Assembly (NCBI GenBank): GCA_965213675.1
Contig: OZ243916.1
Span: 1,728,001 to 1,792,000 of the forward strand
Reading direction: 5' to 3'
Source of the DNA: an uncultured Candidatus Binatia bacterium
GTDB taxonomy: Bacteria; Desulfobacterota; Binatia; UBA9968; JAJDTQ01
Length of the DNA stretch: 64,000 nucleotides
Made by a program: the position numbers and the translations under genes. Below the pieces are notes generated by a model that was not told the DNA's origin, made no database searches, and saw nothing but the letters and a program-made list of their open reading frames with translations. This document shows, in pieces, positions 9,175-20,953 of this stretch. Position 1 is the stretch's first letter, and each line of letters starts with the position of its first letter.

Positions 9175-10098
9175 ATGAGCGCAACCGCCACACGCGTGAC
9201 CTTCGGCGAGACCGTGACCCGTCTCGCCGAAACCAACCCCGACATCGTCGTCCTCGACGCCGACCTGCGCAAGTCCACCATGACCGACGAATTCTCACGC
9301 AAGCACCCGGAGCGGTTCTTCGACGTGGGCATCGCCGAAGGCAACATGGTGGGGGTCGGCGCCGGCATGGCCCTGGCCGGCAAGATCCCGTTCATCTGCA
9401 GCTTTGCCTGCTTCGTGGTCGGCCGCTTCGAACAGATCCGCATGGCCGTGGCCTACAACCGCGCCAACGTGAAGATCGTCGGCACCCACGCCGGCATCGG
9501 CATCGGCGAGGACGGCTACAGCCAGATGGCCACCGAGGATGTGGGCCTCATGCGCACACTGCCCAACATGGCCGTGGTGCAACCCGCCGACGCCATCGAA
9601 ACCCGCGGCGCCGTGGAGTACCTCGCGCAACACGACGGCCCCGTCTTCCTCCGCCTCACCCGCCAGAAGGTCGCCGACGTCAACGGCGAGGGCTACGAGT
9701 TCCGCTTCGGCAAGGCTGTGGTACTGCGGGAAGGCACGGACGTATCGCTGGTGGGCACCGGCGCCGTCATGGAGAACATCCTCAAGGCCGCCGGCCAACT
9801 CGCCGCCCAAGGCATCTCCGCCCAGGTGGTCAACATCCACACCCTCAAGCCCCTCGACACCGGGTTCATCGAATCCATTGCCTCAAGCCACGGCAAAATC
9901 GTCACCGTCGAAGACCACGGCATCCACGGCGGCCTCGGCAGCGCCGTCTCCGAAACCGTGGCCGAGCTGGGCCGCGGCCGCGTCCGCCGCGTCGGCGTCA
10001 CCGAATTCGCCGAGTCCGGCGACGCAGAGGGGTTGTACGGGAAGTACGGGTTGTCCGCCGAGCACATCCGCGCGGCGGCGGTGGGTCTCATGAAGTAG
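9175..10098 (+). CDS. Transketolase C-terminal subunit
   Basis: DADLRKST, FFDVGIAEGNMVG, GEDGYSQMATED, LRLTR, TVEDHGIHGGLGSAV. Confidence 0.92.
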   Translation: MSATATRVTFGETVTRLAETNPDIVVLDADLRKSTMTDEFSRKHPERFFDVGIAEGNMVGVGAGMALAGKIPFICSFACFVVGRFEQIRMAVAYNRANVKIVGTHAGIGIGEDGYSQMATEDVGLMRTLPNMAVVQPADAIETRGAVEYLAQHDGPVFLRLTRQKVADVNGEGYEFRFGKAVVLREGTDVSLVGTGAVMENILKAAGQLAAQGISAQVVNIHTLKPLDTGFIESIASSHGKIVTVEDHGIHGGLGSAVSETVAELGRGRVRRVGVTEFAESGDAEGLYGKYGLSAEHIRAAAVGLMK

Positions 10099-10369
10099 CC
10101 GGGATTTCACGCCGGGGATCAGAACCGGGACCCACCGGACAACGACGATGATCGACATCGCCGGGACAGCCTACTGCTATGCCGGATCGCGGGAGAACAG
10201 TCTTCAGCAACTATGCGCCCGCGTGGAACAGATGCGCTACCGGACGTCTATCGCCCGAAATGCGGCATTGCATACGCCGGTTCTTCCGTAAAAAAACATT
10301 TCGTCCATAATTGCGATCCACAGTCGCAGAAGCCTGCGTAACGACAAGTTATTCAGGTCGATCCTCGGG

Positions 10370-10879
10370 CTACGCTTCGCCACCGCCCATTCCGGTCTCG
10401 GTACCACGAACTTCTGCCTCGCCCCCGTCCGGTCCATCCTCCGACACCACCTTCACCTTGATGCTGGGGGTGACCTCCGGACGCAGGCGGATGGGGACAT
10501 CGTACTCACCGACGCTCTTGATGGGGGCGTCCAGGAGGATGCGGCGGCGTTCGACGTCGACGCCCTGATCTTTCAGGGCCTTTTCGATGTCCATGTTGGT
10601 GACGGAGCCGAACAGCCGGCCTTCCTCGCCCGCCTTGACGGTGAACTCGAGGGAGACCCGGGAGAGTTGCTGACTGAGGCCTTGCGCTTCCTTGTTGAGG
10701 CGGTCGCGGCGCTGGGAGATCATGCGCTGCTCATGCTCCAGGGCCTTGAGGCTCTTCTTGTCGGCCCGCACGACGAGGCCGCGGGGGAGCAGGTAGTTGC
10801 GGGCGTAACCGTCCTTGACCTTGACCACTTCGCCCATGTGGCCGAGGTTCTCGATGTCTTCCTTCAGTACGACGTCCAT
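10370..10879 (-). CDS. rplI: 50S ribosomal protein L9
   Basis: MDVVLKEDIENLGHMGEVVKVKDGYARNYLLP; GRLFGSVT. Confidence 0.97.
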   Translation of the reverse strand: MDVVLKEDIENLGHMGEVVKVKDGYARNYLLPRGLVVRADKKSLKALEHEQRMISQRRDRLNKEAQGLSQQLSRVSLEFTVKAGEEGRLFGSVTNMDIEKALKDQGVDVERRRILLDAPIKSVGEYDVPIRLRPEVTPSIKVKVVSEDGPDGGEAEVRGTETGMGGGEA

Positions 10880-10889
10880 TGACTCTCCT

Positions 10890-11834
10890 TCAGGTCAGGC
10901 CCGCGGGGCGCCGCTTGAGACGACGGAAGTCGCCCCAGAGATCGAAGAACCCCAGGCCAATGACCAGCACCGTGAGTATCTGCTCGAAAATGATGAGCAG
11001 ATATCCCAGAACGCGAAAAAATATCGGGACCTTCTTGTAATGAAAGTAATACGACACGATGGCCAGACCGTGGAAGAAATAGAACACCGCGCAGATGAGC
11101 ACCAGATTCATGGCAAGCGCGCGCCACGCCACGCCCAGGGGAAGGAATAGCGCGATGCCCGGAGCCACCAGGAACCACACCATGTGGTCCGGCGACTTCC
11201 ATTCCTTGAGGTCCCCCACGTGGCAAAAGAACGAGCGATACTGTGGGAAATGCCACGACAACAGCGCCAGATTGGCCAGTACCATGACCACCAGCATGAA
11301 GAAGATCATACCCGGCAACATGCGCACGAAGAGCGCCGCCATGTCGCCCGCGTGTTCCCGGAGGTACGCAACGGTGTCCCCCGAGAGGCCCACGCGCTCG
11401 TACACTTCCAGGGTCATGAGCACCTGGGCCTCCGCGCCGGCCTGGAGCTCGGTCCACAACGAGGAAAACGAACCCGCCAACGCGGCCGCGGTCACCAGCA
11501 TGGCCGCCACCGTCACGCCCGCGGTCCCGCCCACCAACGTCGCGAGGTTCCAACCCCTCCCAAAGGAGAAGAAGAGCAGATACGTGACCAGCGCAAACAC
11601 GAGGTATGCGGCCACGGCTTCCGATCCTGCCAGGGCGTAAACGCACAGAGCGACCGCTACCGGCAGCAGTTGTCCCGGCTGACGCCCGAACCGGACGCCC
11701 ACGAACAGCGCTGGATAGATGACGAGGGGCACCGCCGCGAGCCCAAGAAAGGGTACCCTCAGCCCCGCAATGAAGAGCAGCAGGGTCGTGGCCAGTCCCA
11801 GCCCGAACCCGGTGAGAGTGTCCAGCCCTTTCAT
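10890..11834 (-). CDS. YybS/DUF2232 family membrane protein
   Basis: Polytopic hydrophobic protein ending GLGFFDLWGDFRR; canonical position between rpsR and rplI. Confidence 0.85.
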   Translation of the reverse strand: MKGLDTLTGFGLGLATTLLLFIAGLRVPFLGLAAVPLVIYPALFVGVRFGRQPGQLLPVAVALCVYALAGSEAVAAYLVFALVTYLLFFSFGRGWNLATLVGGTAGVTVAAMLVTAAALAGSFSSLWTELQAGAEAQVLMTLEVYERVGLSGDTVAYLREHAGDMAALFVRMLPGMIFFMLVVMVLANLALLSWHFPQYRSFFCHVGDLKEWKSPDHMVWFLVAPGIALFLPLGVAWRALAMNLVLICAVFYFFHGLAIVSYYFHYKKVPIFFRVLGYLLIIFEQILTVLVIGLGFFDLWGDFRRLKRRPAGLT

Positions 11835-11865
11835 ACGCCGATCTCCGGAGGGCCAAGGCGCCGGG

Positions 11866-12147
11866 TCAGAGCTTGACGGTGGTATAGGGAAGTAACGCTA
11901 CCAGGCGGGCGCGCTTGATCGCTCTTGCCAATCGTCGTTGACACCAGCAACAGGTTCCGGTGATGCGGCTCGGGGTGATCTTGCCTCGTTCCGTCATGAA
12001 CCCGCTAAGGAGCTTGGTGTCCTTGTAGTCGAAGCGCAGGTCCTTGTTGGCGCAGAAACGGCACACTTTCCGGCGCGATGGGCCGCCACGCCGACGCGGC
12101 GGGCCGTCGCCACCACCCGAACCTCTTCTCCCACGATATTCTGCCAT
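11866..12147 (-). CDS. rpsR: 30S ribosomal protein S18 (Zn-binding form)
   Basis: [37 protein letters not shown]-x2-ALLPY. Confidence 0.97.
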   Translation of the reverse strand: MAEYRGRRGSGGGDGPPRRRGGPSRRKVCRFCANKDLRFDYKDTKLLSGFMTERGKITPSRITGTCCWCQRRLARAIKRARLVALLPYTTVKL

Positions 12148-12204
12148 TATCCCTCAGTTCGTCCCGCAGTTCCTGTTCGTCGGTACCACGCCGCGGGGAA
12201 GGCG

Positions 12205-12711
12205 CTATTCCTTCGACTCTTCCTGCACGTTCTCTGCCGGCTGCCCGGCTGCGGGCGATGACACCGGCGTTTCCGACGCCGGCGTTTCCGCGGACACATC
12301 CGCCGCGACCGCGGGCACCGCCGCCGGTTCGGGCACCGCGGGCGGTTCCGCTTCAACCGCCTGCGCCGTGTCCGGCGCTCCCGCGGCTTCGTCGGGGCGC
12401 GCAAGGGAAAGCACGTCATCGTCGAGCACCACGGTCATGCAGCGCATGACCTCGTCGCTCAGCCGCATCACGCGTTCAAGCTCGCCGCTCGTGCCCGCGG
12501 ACGCCTGATACTGCACCAGATTGTAGAACCCCCGGCTCTGCTTTTCGATGGGATAGGCGAGGTCGCGCAAACCCCATTCCTCGAAGTGCGTCACCGTGGC
12601 GCCCTGTCCTTCCAACACCCCCCGGAAGCGGTCGCAAAGGTCCTTGCTCCTGCCGCTGTGAACCGGATGGATGATGAAGAGCGTCTCGTAATGGGTCGTT
12701 TCGTCAGTCAT
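12205..12711 (-). CDS. rpsF: 30S ribosomal protein S6 with long Ala/Pro/Glu tail
   Basis: YETLFIIHP, EEWGLRDLAYPIEK, GFY, ELERVMRLSDEVMR. Confidence 0.95.
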   Translation of the reverse strand: MTDETTHYETLFIIHPVHSGRSKDLCDRFRGVLEGQGATVTHFEEWGLRDLAYPIEKQSRGFYNLVQYQASAGTSGELERVMRLSDEVMRCMTVVLDDDVLSLARPDEAAGAPDTAQAVEAEPPAVPEPAAVPAVAADVSAETPASETPVSSPAAGQPAENVQEESKE

Positions 12712-12881
12712 GGTCGGTGAAGATTGTCTGAAACCGCTGGTCTCGAACTGTTCGTCCGAACTTGTTGTCCGATGGCTTTCCGCGCCCCAACATCTGAAAT
12801 GGCGCCCCTTGAGGACGCCATTTCCACGGATACGGGCCTCATTTACCTAGCACACGGGCAGGCCCTTTACAACCATCCACC

Positions 12882-14930
<2,049 letters not shown>

Positions 14931-14984
14931 AACGCCTCCTCTAGCGTCGTGTCCGGCCACTTGTTCGCATGACGCAGACACCAA

Positions 14985-15551
14985 CTATGCAACTCGGTTG
15001 AACTTTTCCATGGCCCTTGCCGGGCCCTCGAACACGATGGTTTCCACGGCATCCACGGCCCGGGTCAACACGCCGTCCAACGCGCCCTCTTCCTCGGGCG
15101 AGAAGCGGCTTAGTACGTAATCCACCGCATCCACGCCGGCCGGCGGACGGCCGATGCCCATGCGCAGCCGGACGAAATCACGGTCGGCGACGTACTGCAG
15201 GATCGACGCCAAGCCCCGATGACCGCCAGCGGAGCCGCCGCAACGGATGCGCAAGCGTCCGAACGGCAGGTCCAGATCATCGTAGGCCACCACCAGATCC
15301 GCGCCGCGGACCTGGAAACGCTTCGCCAGCGCCGCGGCCGCCAAGCCGCTGTTGTTCATGTAGGTCTGAGGCTTGGCCAGCGCCAGAGATTCCCGGTCCC
15401 ACCGGCCCCTGCCCACCAGAGACTCGCAACGCTCGTCGTCGATGCGCGTGTCCGTGGCGCCGGCAACGCGATCCAGCAGCAGAAACCCCAGGTTGTGCCG
15501 CGTGCGCGCATAACGCCGGCCCGGGTTGCCCAGGCCCACGATGAGCTTCAC
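14985..15551 (-). CDS. pth: Peptidyl-tRNA hydrolase
   Basis: LIVGLGNPG..Y..TRHNLGF, KPQTYMN, DDLDLP, GGHRGL. Confidence 0.96.
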   Translation of the reverse strand: MKLIVGLGNPGRRYARTRHNLGFLLLDRVAGATDTRIDDERCESLVGRGRWDRESLALAKPQTYMNNSGLAAAALAKRFQVRGADLVVAYDDLDLPFGRLRIRCGGSAGGHRGLASILQYVADRDFVRLRMGIGRPPAGVDAVDYVLSRFSPEEEGALDGVLTRAVDAVETIVFEGPARAMEKFNRVA

Positions 15552-15612
15552 TACGATGTCCTGAAATGGAAACGCACGCCGCCGCGCCGCCTGCCGGTCC
15601 CGTCCGCCGGGA

Positions 15613-16245
15613 TCACTCTTCGGTCTGCTCCGCCGTGCCCTCGGCGCCTTCCGCCGGTTCCTCCGCCTCGTCCTCTTCCCGTGTGGAGACCGTCGGCGCC
15701 AGCACCGACACCAGGGTCAGGTCCGGAGTGTAGTTGGTGACATTGGGCGGCATCTCGATGTCGGCGACCCTGATGCTGTCTCCGATCCCCAGCGATGAAA
15801 CGTCCACTTCGATGTCCGCGGGAATGTCCAGCGGCAGGCACTCGACCTCCAGTTCCCGCATGATGGGCTGCAAGACCCCGCCCACCACCACGCCTTCGGC
15901 CCGTCCCACGAAATGGAGTCCCACCATCACGGTGATCTTCCTGGATACGTCCACCTCGTAGAAGTCGATGTGCGCGATGGCGTGGGTCACGGGGTTGTAC
16001 TGGATGTGCTTGATGAGCACGAGCTTGCCATCCACCGTGCCGGCCTCGGACTTGAGACGCAGCAAGTGCGAACCCTCCAGGTGTCCCACCCGGCGCCGCA
16101 GCTCCAGGTCGTCCACCTGTACCGCGAACCCTTCCGTGCCACGGCCGTAAACCACCCCCGGGAGCTTGCCGCCGCGACGCAGACGGCCGGCGTCGCGCTT
16201 GTTGCCAGCCTGCCTGGCCTCTACCGGTACTTCGACTGTTTCCAA
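15613..16245 (-). CDS. rplY: 50S ribosomal protein L25/Ctc
   Basis: TTG start after AGGAGG; LRRGGKLPGVVYG, HIDFYEV, GVVVGGVLQ, PADIEVDVSSLGIGDSI. Confidence 0.94.
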   Translation of the reverse strand: METVEVPVEARQAGNKRDAGRLRRGGKLPGVVYGRGTEGFAVQVDDLELRRRVGHLEGSHLLRLKSEAGTVDGKLVLIKHIQYNPVTHAIAHIDFYEVDVSRKITVMVGLHFVGRAEGVVVGGVLQPIMRELEVECLPLDIPADIEVDVSSLGIGDSIRVADIEMPPNVTNYTPDLTLVSVLAPTVSTREEDEAEEPAEGAEGTAEQTEE

Positions 16246-16274
16246 ACTGAACCTCCTGACTGAGAGCCGGTCGA

Positions 16275-17225
16275 TCAGAAAAGGGAGCTGATGGAACGCT
16301 CCAGGTGGGTGCGGCGGATGGCCTCGCCGATCAGGGACGCTACGGACAACGGCCTGAGCTTCGCGCACCTGACGATCTTGTCGCCGACGGGAATCGTGTC
16401 GGTCACGACCATCTCTTCCATGGGAGCATCGTTGATCCGGTCCAACGCCTTGCCCGAAAAGATGGCGTGGGTGCAGCAACCGATGACCTTGTTGGCGCCC
16501 GCGCGGATGAGCGCCTCGGCCGCCATGGCGATGGTCCCGGCCGTGTCCACCATGTCGTCCACCAGGATGGCGGTCTTGCCCTGGACCTCGCCGATGATGT
16601 TCATCTCCTCGACCACGTTGGCGTCGGCCCGGCGCTTGTCGATGACGGCCAGGGACACGTTCAGCTTCGTGGCGAAAGCGCGCGCCCGCTGGGCGCCGCC
16701 GGCGTCCGGAGACACGACGATCAGTTCCTCCCGCCCAGTCCGGCCGGCCATGTGCTGGAGCAACACCGGCGAAGCGTACAGGTTGTCCACGGGGATGTTG
16801 AAGAAACCCTGAATCTGCCCGGAATGCAGGTCCATGGTGAGCATCCGCGAGGCGCCGGCCGTGGTGATGAGATCGGCCACGAGCTTGGCGCTGATGGGCA
16901 CCCGGGGAGCGACCTTGCGGTCCTGCCGCGCGTAACCGTAGTAGGGAATCACGGCGGTAATGCGCTTGGCGGACGCGCGCTTGAACGCGTCCAGCATGAT
17001 CAGCAGCTCCATCAGGTTGTCGTTGCCCGGCGCGCAGGTGGATTGGATCACGAAGACGTCACAGCCGCGCACGTTCTCCTTGATCTCGACGCGAATCTCG
17101 CCATCGCTGAAGGTCTCGACAATGGCCTCTCCCAGCGGGATCTCGATGGAGCGGCCGATATCACGCGCCAGCGGGGGATTGGAGTTCCCCGCGAAGAGCC
17201 TCATTTCATCGTGCAACGATCCCAT
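16275..17225 (-). CDS. prs: Ribose-phosphate pyrophosphokinase
   Basis: FSDGEI, PYYGYARQDRK, MDLHSGQIQGFF, VSPDAGG, VDDMVDTAGT. Confidence 0.97.
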   Translation of the reverse strand: MGSLHDEMRLFAGNSNPPLARDIGRSIEIPLGEAIVETFSDGEIRVEIKENVRGCDVFVIQSTCAPGNDNLMELLIMLDAFKRASAKRITAVIPYYGYARQDRKVAPRVPISAKLVADLITTAGASRMLTMDLHSGQIQGFFNIPVDNLYASPVLLQHMAGRTGREELIVVSPDAGGAQRARAFATKLNVSLAVIDKRRADANVVEEMNIIGEVQGKTAILVDDMVDTAGTIAMAAEALIRAGANKVIGCCTHAIFSGKALDRINDAPMEEMVVTDTIPVGDKIVRCAKLRPLSVASLIGEAIRRTHLERSISSLF

Positions 17226-17339
17226 GGACTACCTGCGTCGGTCTGGAACACGGACTTGAAAATGCGCCGGCGGTTGCGTACCGTCACCGCGGGTTTGGAA
17301 TCCGCTCTTTGCGCCGGCTCATGGCGAGAGAGAGAAGCT

Positions 17340-17414
17340 TGGCTGGGCGGGAAGGATTCGAACCTTCGAATACCGGATCCAAAATCCGGGGCCTTACCAC
17401 TTGGCGACCGCCCA
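17340..17414 (-). tRNA. tRNA-Gln(TTG)
   Basis: Minus strand TGGGCGGTCGCCAAGTGGTAAGGC-CCCGGA-TTTTGGA-TCCGG-TATTCGAAGGTTCGAATCCTTCCCGCCCAGCCA; cloverleaf with encoded CCA; usual location between ispE and prs. Confidence 0.96.
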
Positions 17415-17448
17415 CCCGTCCCGTTGGCGTCCAGAAACCTCGGGACGC

Positions 17449-17733
17449 CTAATGGCCGTCCCGGTTCTGATCCGTTTCGCTCGATACGATTTCCCTGTAT
17501 TCGGCGATGATCCTTTCTTCGAGCATCCGCCGGGTCGCACTGTTGAGTGGATGCGCCACGTCCTTGTACGTGCCATCGCGCCTCTTCTTGCTCGGCATCG
17601 AAACGAAAAGACCCGAGGTCCCGTGAATCACCTTGATGTCACGCACCACGAAGCAATCGTCCAGGGTGATGGTCACATAAGCCTTGAGCTTATCCTCCTC
17701 CACGGGAAAGACCTTGACTTCCGTGACCTCCAC
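17449..17733 (-). CDS. spoVG: SpoVG family nucleic-acid-binding protein
   Basis: EVTEVKVF...KLKAYVTITLDDCFVVRDIKVI.G..GLFVSMPSKKR.DG.YKDVAHP. Confidence 0.93.
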   Translation of the reverse strand: MEVTEVKVFPVEEDKLKAYVTITLDDCFVVRDIKVIHGTSGLFVSMPSKKRRDGTYKDVAHPLNSATRRMLEERIIAEYREIVSSETDQNRDGH

Positions 17734-17771
17734 AGGGACCTCCTTTCCGCCGTGCGACGGATGGTTTGCCC

Positions 17772-18620
17772 TTATGTCAGCGAAAAAGCCAGATACGCCC
17801 GGACGTCTTTTTCGCTCCTGAAGCCCGTGAATGCCCTTGTCGCCCGCGCCTCGTCGGCGAAAACGCCGAAAACCGCCGAGCCGCTTCCGCTCATGAGACT
17901 GCCGATTGCCCCCCTGTCGTTCAGTCGCTGTTTGAGGTGAGCAATGCGCGGATAACGGCTGACGGTCACCACTTCGAGGTCGTTCATCATGACCCGAGCC
18001 ACTTCGTGAGGAGTGCCCAAGTTTCCAACCAAGTTATTATTATCCGGAGATTTTGTCAACTTGAGCCGGAAGTTGCGGTAGGCCCAGGCCGTGGACACCG
18101 CGAAGCCGGGGAACAGCACCACCAGCCACAGTCGCGGCAGCGCGTTCACCGGGGTCAGCCGCTCGCCGATCCCGCGGGCGCGGGCGGCCGCGCCGCGAAT
18201 GAAGAACGGCACGTCCGCGCCCACCGTCAGCGCCAACGCCTCGAGATCCCCGGCGGTCAGGCCGGCGCCGAACAGGTCGTTCAAACCACGCAGGGTGGCC
18301 GCGGCGTCGGTGCTGCCGCCGCCAAGCCCGGCGCCCATGGGGATACGCTTGCGGATGCGTACGGCGACGGGCTCGCGGCGCCCCGTGCGATCCTGGAACG
18401 CCCGGGCAGCGCGCAGAACGGTATTGTCCTCGCCCAGAGGAATGGCCGGATCGTCCGCGCGCACGGTGACCGAGCCCGGCGCACCGCTGGAAAGCGCCAC
18501 CTCCACTTCATCCCCCAGGCTGATGGGCGCCATCAGGGTGTCCAGCAGGTGGTAGCCGTCGTCGCGGCGACCCTCGATGCGAAGGTACAAATTGATCTTG
18601 GCGGGGGCGAACAGTTTCAT
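17772..18620 (-). CDS. ispE: 4-diphosphocytidyl-2-C-methyl-D-erythritol kinase
   Basis: APAKINLYL, RRDDGYH, KRIPMGAGLGGGSTDAA, GADVPFF, MSGSGS. Confidence 0.96.
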   Translation of the reverse strand: MKLFAPAKINLYLRIEGRRDDGYHLLDTLMAPISLGDEVEVALSSGAPGSVTVRADDPAIPLGEDNTVLRAARAFQDRTGRREPVAVRIRKRIPMGAGLGGGSTDAAATLRGLNDLFGAGLTAGDLEALALTVGADVPFFIRGAAARARGIGERLTPVNALPRLWLVVLFPGFAVSTAWAYRNFRLKLTKSPDNNNLVGNLGTPHEVARVMMNDLEVVTVSRYPRIAHLKQRLNDRGAIGSLMSGSGSAVFGVFADEARATRAFTGFRSEKDVRAYLAFSLT

Positions 18621-18641
18621 GCGGCCTGCCGCCGTGCGGCG

Positions 18642-19730
18642 TCAGGGTTTGATGAGCGCCTTGGTCGGGAACAGCTCGGGCGCCTCGCCCCCCACCGCGC
18701 GGATGCACTGCTCGGTCTCGTCCAGGGTGAAGACGTGGCTCACCATCTGCTCCACGGGGAAGCCGGTGGTTTCCATGAGCCTGAGGGTGGCGTCGATGGC
18801 GTCGTTGTCGCCGGTATAGGCCCCCTGGACGCAGATCTCGCCCCAGACCAGCCTGTCCATGAGCATCGGGGTGAGCGTCTTGTCGCCCGTGAGTCCGCCG
18901 AGCACGAGCTTGCCCTGCCGCCGGAGACACTCCACGGAGGCGACGATGGCCGCCGGGTTGCCGGAGACATCCACCGCGACATCGCACATGGCGCCGCCGG
19001 TCTCTTCTCGAATGACATCGACGACATCCTCTTCCTCCACGTTGATGGTACGGTGCGCCCCGAAACGTTCGGCCACCTCCAGCCGGCTCTTGTCGCGCCC
19101 GATGCCGGTGACGAAGATGCGCGCGGCCCCGGCATGGCTCGCCGCGAAGGTACAGGCCAGCCCCTGCTGGCCCGGTCCCTGGATCAACACGTAGTCGCCC
19201 ATCTTGACTCCGCCGTGCCGTAGCGCCCACTGGAAGCCGTTGGCCATGACCGCTCCGACCAGGGCGGCGGCCTCCGGCGGAAGGTCTTCGCTGACGGGGG
19301 TCAGCAAGGCGCTGGGCGTGAGGTACACGTACTCGGCGAAGCCGCCGAAGAGATGGGGCGGTTCGGCGCAGGACATCCTCGAGCCGTAGGCCGCGCGCTG
19401 CTTGCAGAAGCGGTCGCCGCCGCGGCGGCAGTCCGGACAACGGCCGCAACCGAGGGAGCCCTTGATGATTACGCGATCCCCTTCCCGGACGCCATGTATC
19501 TGCGCCGCCCGGGCGCCGAGCCTCTCCACCCGGCCCAGGATTTCATGGCCGAGGATGATGGGTATCGGCAGGTTCAACTTGCCCGTGTAGTACTTGTAGT
19601 CGGTGCCGCACACGCCGCCCATCTCCACCTTCAGGAGGCCGCCGTCGGACGGGATGTCCGGCACCGGGTACTCGCGGACCTCCATCTTCCGGGGACCCAC
19701 CAGGGTCGCGGCTCGGCAGGTTTCGCTCAT
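18642..19730 (-). CDS. Zn-dependent medium-chain dehydrogenase (paralog 2)
   Basis: GVCGTD, ILGHE, CGRCPDCRRGGDRFC structural Zn site, GPGQQG. Confidence 0.9.
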   Translation of the reverse strand: MSETCRAATLVGPRKMEVREYPVPDIPSDGGLLKVEMGGVCGTDYKYYTGKLNLPIPIILGHEILGRVERLGARAAQIHGVREGDRVIIKGSLGCGRCPDCRRGGDRFCKQRAAYGSRMSCAEPPHLFGGFAEYVYLTPSALLTPVSEDLPPEAAALVGAVMANGFQWALRHGGVKMGDYVLIQGPGQQGLACTFAASHAGAARIFVTGIGRDKSRLEVAERFGAHRTINVEEEDVVDVIREETGGAMCDVAVDVSGNPAAIVASVECLRRQGKLVLGGLTGDKTLTPMLMDRLVWGEICVQGAYTGDNDAIDATLRLMETTGFPVEQMVSHVFTLDETEQCIRAVGGEAPELFPTKALIKP

Positions 19731-19773
19731 GTGTCCTCTCCGTCAGGCCGCTGGCTTGCCCGCGCCCCCTCTT

Positions 19774-19793
19774 TCCCGCTTCCGCGGGAATGA
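19774..19793. repeat. REP-like palindrome (same family as 7338 and 51556)
   Basis: tcccgcttccgcgggaatga between the two duplicated dehydrogenase genes. Confidence 0.55.
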
Positions 19794-19836
19794 GGGCGGG
19801 CGCGGGGACGGTCGACCGGGCCTGTGATGACGGTAT

Positions 19837-20925
19837 TCAGGGCTGGATCAGCGCCTTGGTCGGGAACAGTTCGGGGATCTCGCCGCCCACGGCCTGGATG
19901 CATTTCTCCGTTTCCTCCAGCGGAAACACGTGACTCACCATCTCCTGCACCGGAAAGTGGGTGGCCTCCATGAGGCGAAGCGTGGCATCCACGGCGTCGT
20001 TGTCGCCAGTAAAACAACCCTGCAATTTGATCTCGCCCCATACAAGCTTGTCCATGTGCACCTCTGTGACGGTCGTGTCGCCGGTGAGGCCGGCCAGCAC
20101 CATGGTGCCCTGGCGCCGCAGGCAGTCGATGGAGGCCAGGATCGCCTTGGGGTTGCCCGACACGTCCACCACCACATCCACCATGGCGCCATCGGTCTCT
20201 TCCCGGATGACGTCCACCACGTTCTCCTCCTCGACATTGATGAGGCGGTCCGCGCCCCACTTCTTCGCCAGTTCCATCCGCGGCTTGTCGCGGCCGATGC
20301 CGGACACGAAGATCTTGGCCGCGCCGGCGTGCTTGGAGGCGAAGGTGCACGCCAGACCCTGTTGGCCGGGTCCCTGAATCAGCACGTAGTCGCCCATTTT
20401 GACGCCGCCGCGCCGCAGCGCCCACTGGAAGCCGTTGGCCATGACCGAGCCGATGAGAGCCGCGGCCTCCGCGGGAAGGTCGTCGCTGATGGGGGTCATC
20501 AGCACGTCCGGCGCAAGGTAGAGGTAGTCCGCGAAGCCGCCGAACAGGTACGGCGGGTTGGCCGAAGTGGTGCGGCCGCCATAGTTGGTGCGATTCCGGC
20601 AGAAGCGCTGCGCGTTGCGCCGGCAGTCGGCGCAACGGCCGCAGCCGATGGCGCCCTTGAGGATCACGCGGTCGCCTTCCTTGACCCGGTGGATCTTTTC
20701 GGCCTTGCTGCCGAGCTTGGCCACCCGACCGAGGATCTCGTGGCCCAGGATGATGGGCAGCGGCAGGTTGATGCGTCCGTGATAGTACTTGACGTCCGAA
20801 CCGCACACCCCGCCCATCTCCACCTTCAGCAGTCCGCCGTCATCGGGAATATCGGGTATGGGATACTCCCGGATCTCGAGTTCGTTCGGGGCGAGCAGGG
20901 TTGCCGCTCTGCTGGTCTCCGCCAT
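19837..20925 (-). CDS. Zn-dependent medium-chain dehydrogenase (paralog 1)
   Basis: GVCGSD, ILGHE, CGRCADCRRNAQRFC; same length and colinear with the downstream paralog. Confidence 0.9.
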   Translation of the reverse strand: MAETSRAATLLAPNELEIREYPIPDIPDDGGLLKVEMGGVCGSDVKYYHGRINLPLPIILGHEILGRVAKLGSKAEKIHRVKEGDRVILKGAIGCGRCADCRRNAQRFCRNRTNYGGRTTSANPPYLFGGFADYLYLAPDVLMTPISDDLPAEAAALIGSVMANGFQWALRRGGVKMGDYVLIQGPGQQGLACTFASKHAGAAKIFVSGIGRDKPRMELAKKWGADRLINVEEENVVDVIREETDGAMVDVVVDVSGNPKAILASIDCLRRQGTMVLAGLTGDTTVTEVHMDKLVWGEIKLQGCFTGDNDAVDATLRLMEATHFPVQEMVSHVFPLEETEKCIQAVGGEIPELFPTKALIQP

Positions 20926-20953
20926 CGTGCACCTCCTTGTCGAGCGTTGACGC

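Noticed and set aside
10148-10291. 47-aa ORF (MIDIAGTAYC...) in the convergent gap after transketolase
   Set aside because: No clear RBS, atypical codon usage and no recognisable motif.
17340-17414. tRNA-Gln as an integration site for the defence island
   Set aside because: No duplicated tRNA 3' end and no integrase seen; the flanks are conserved housekeeping genes.
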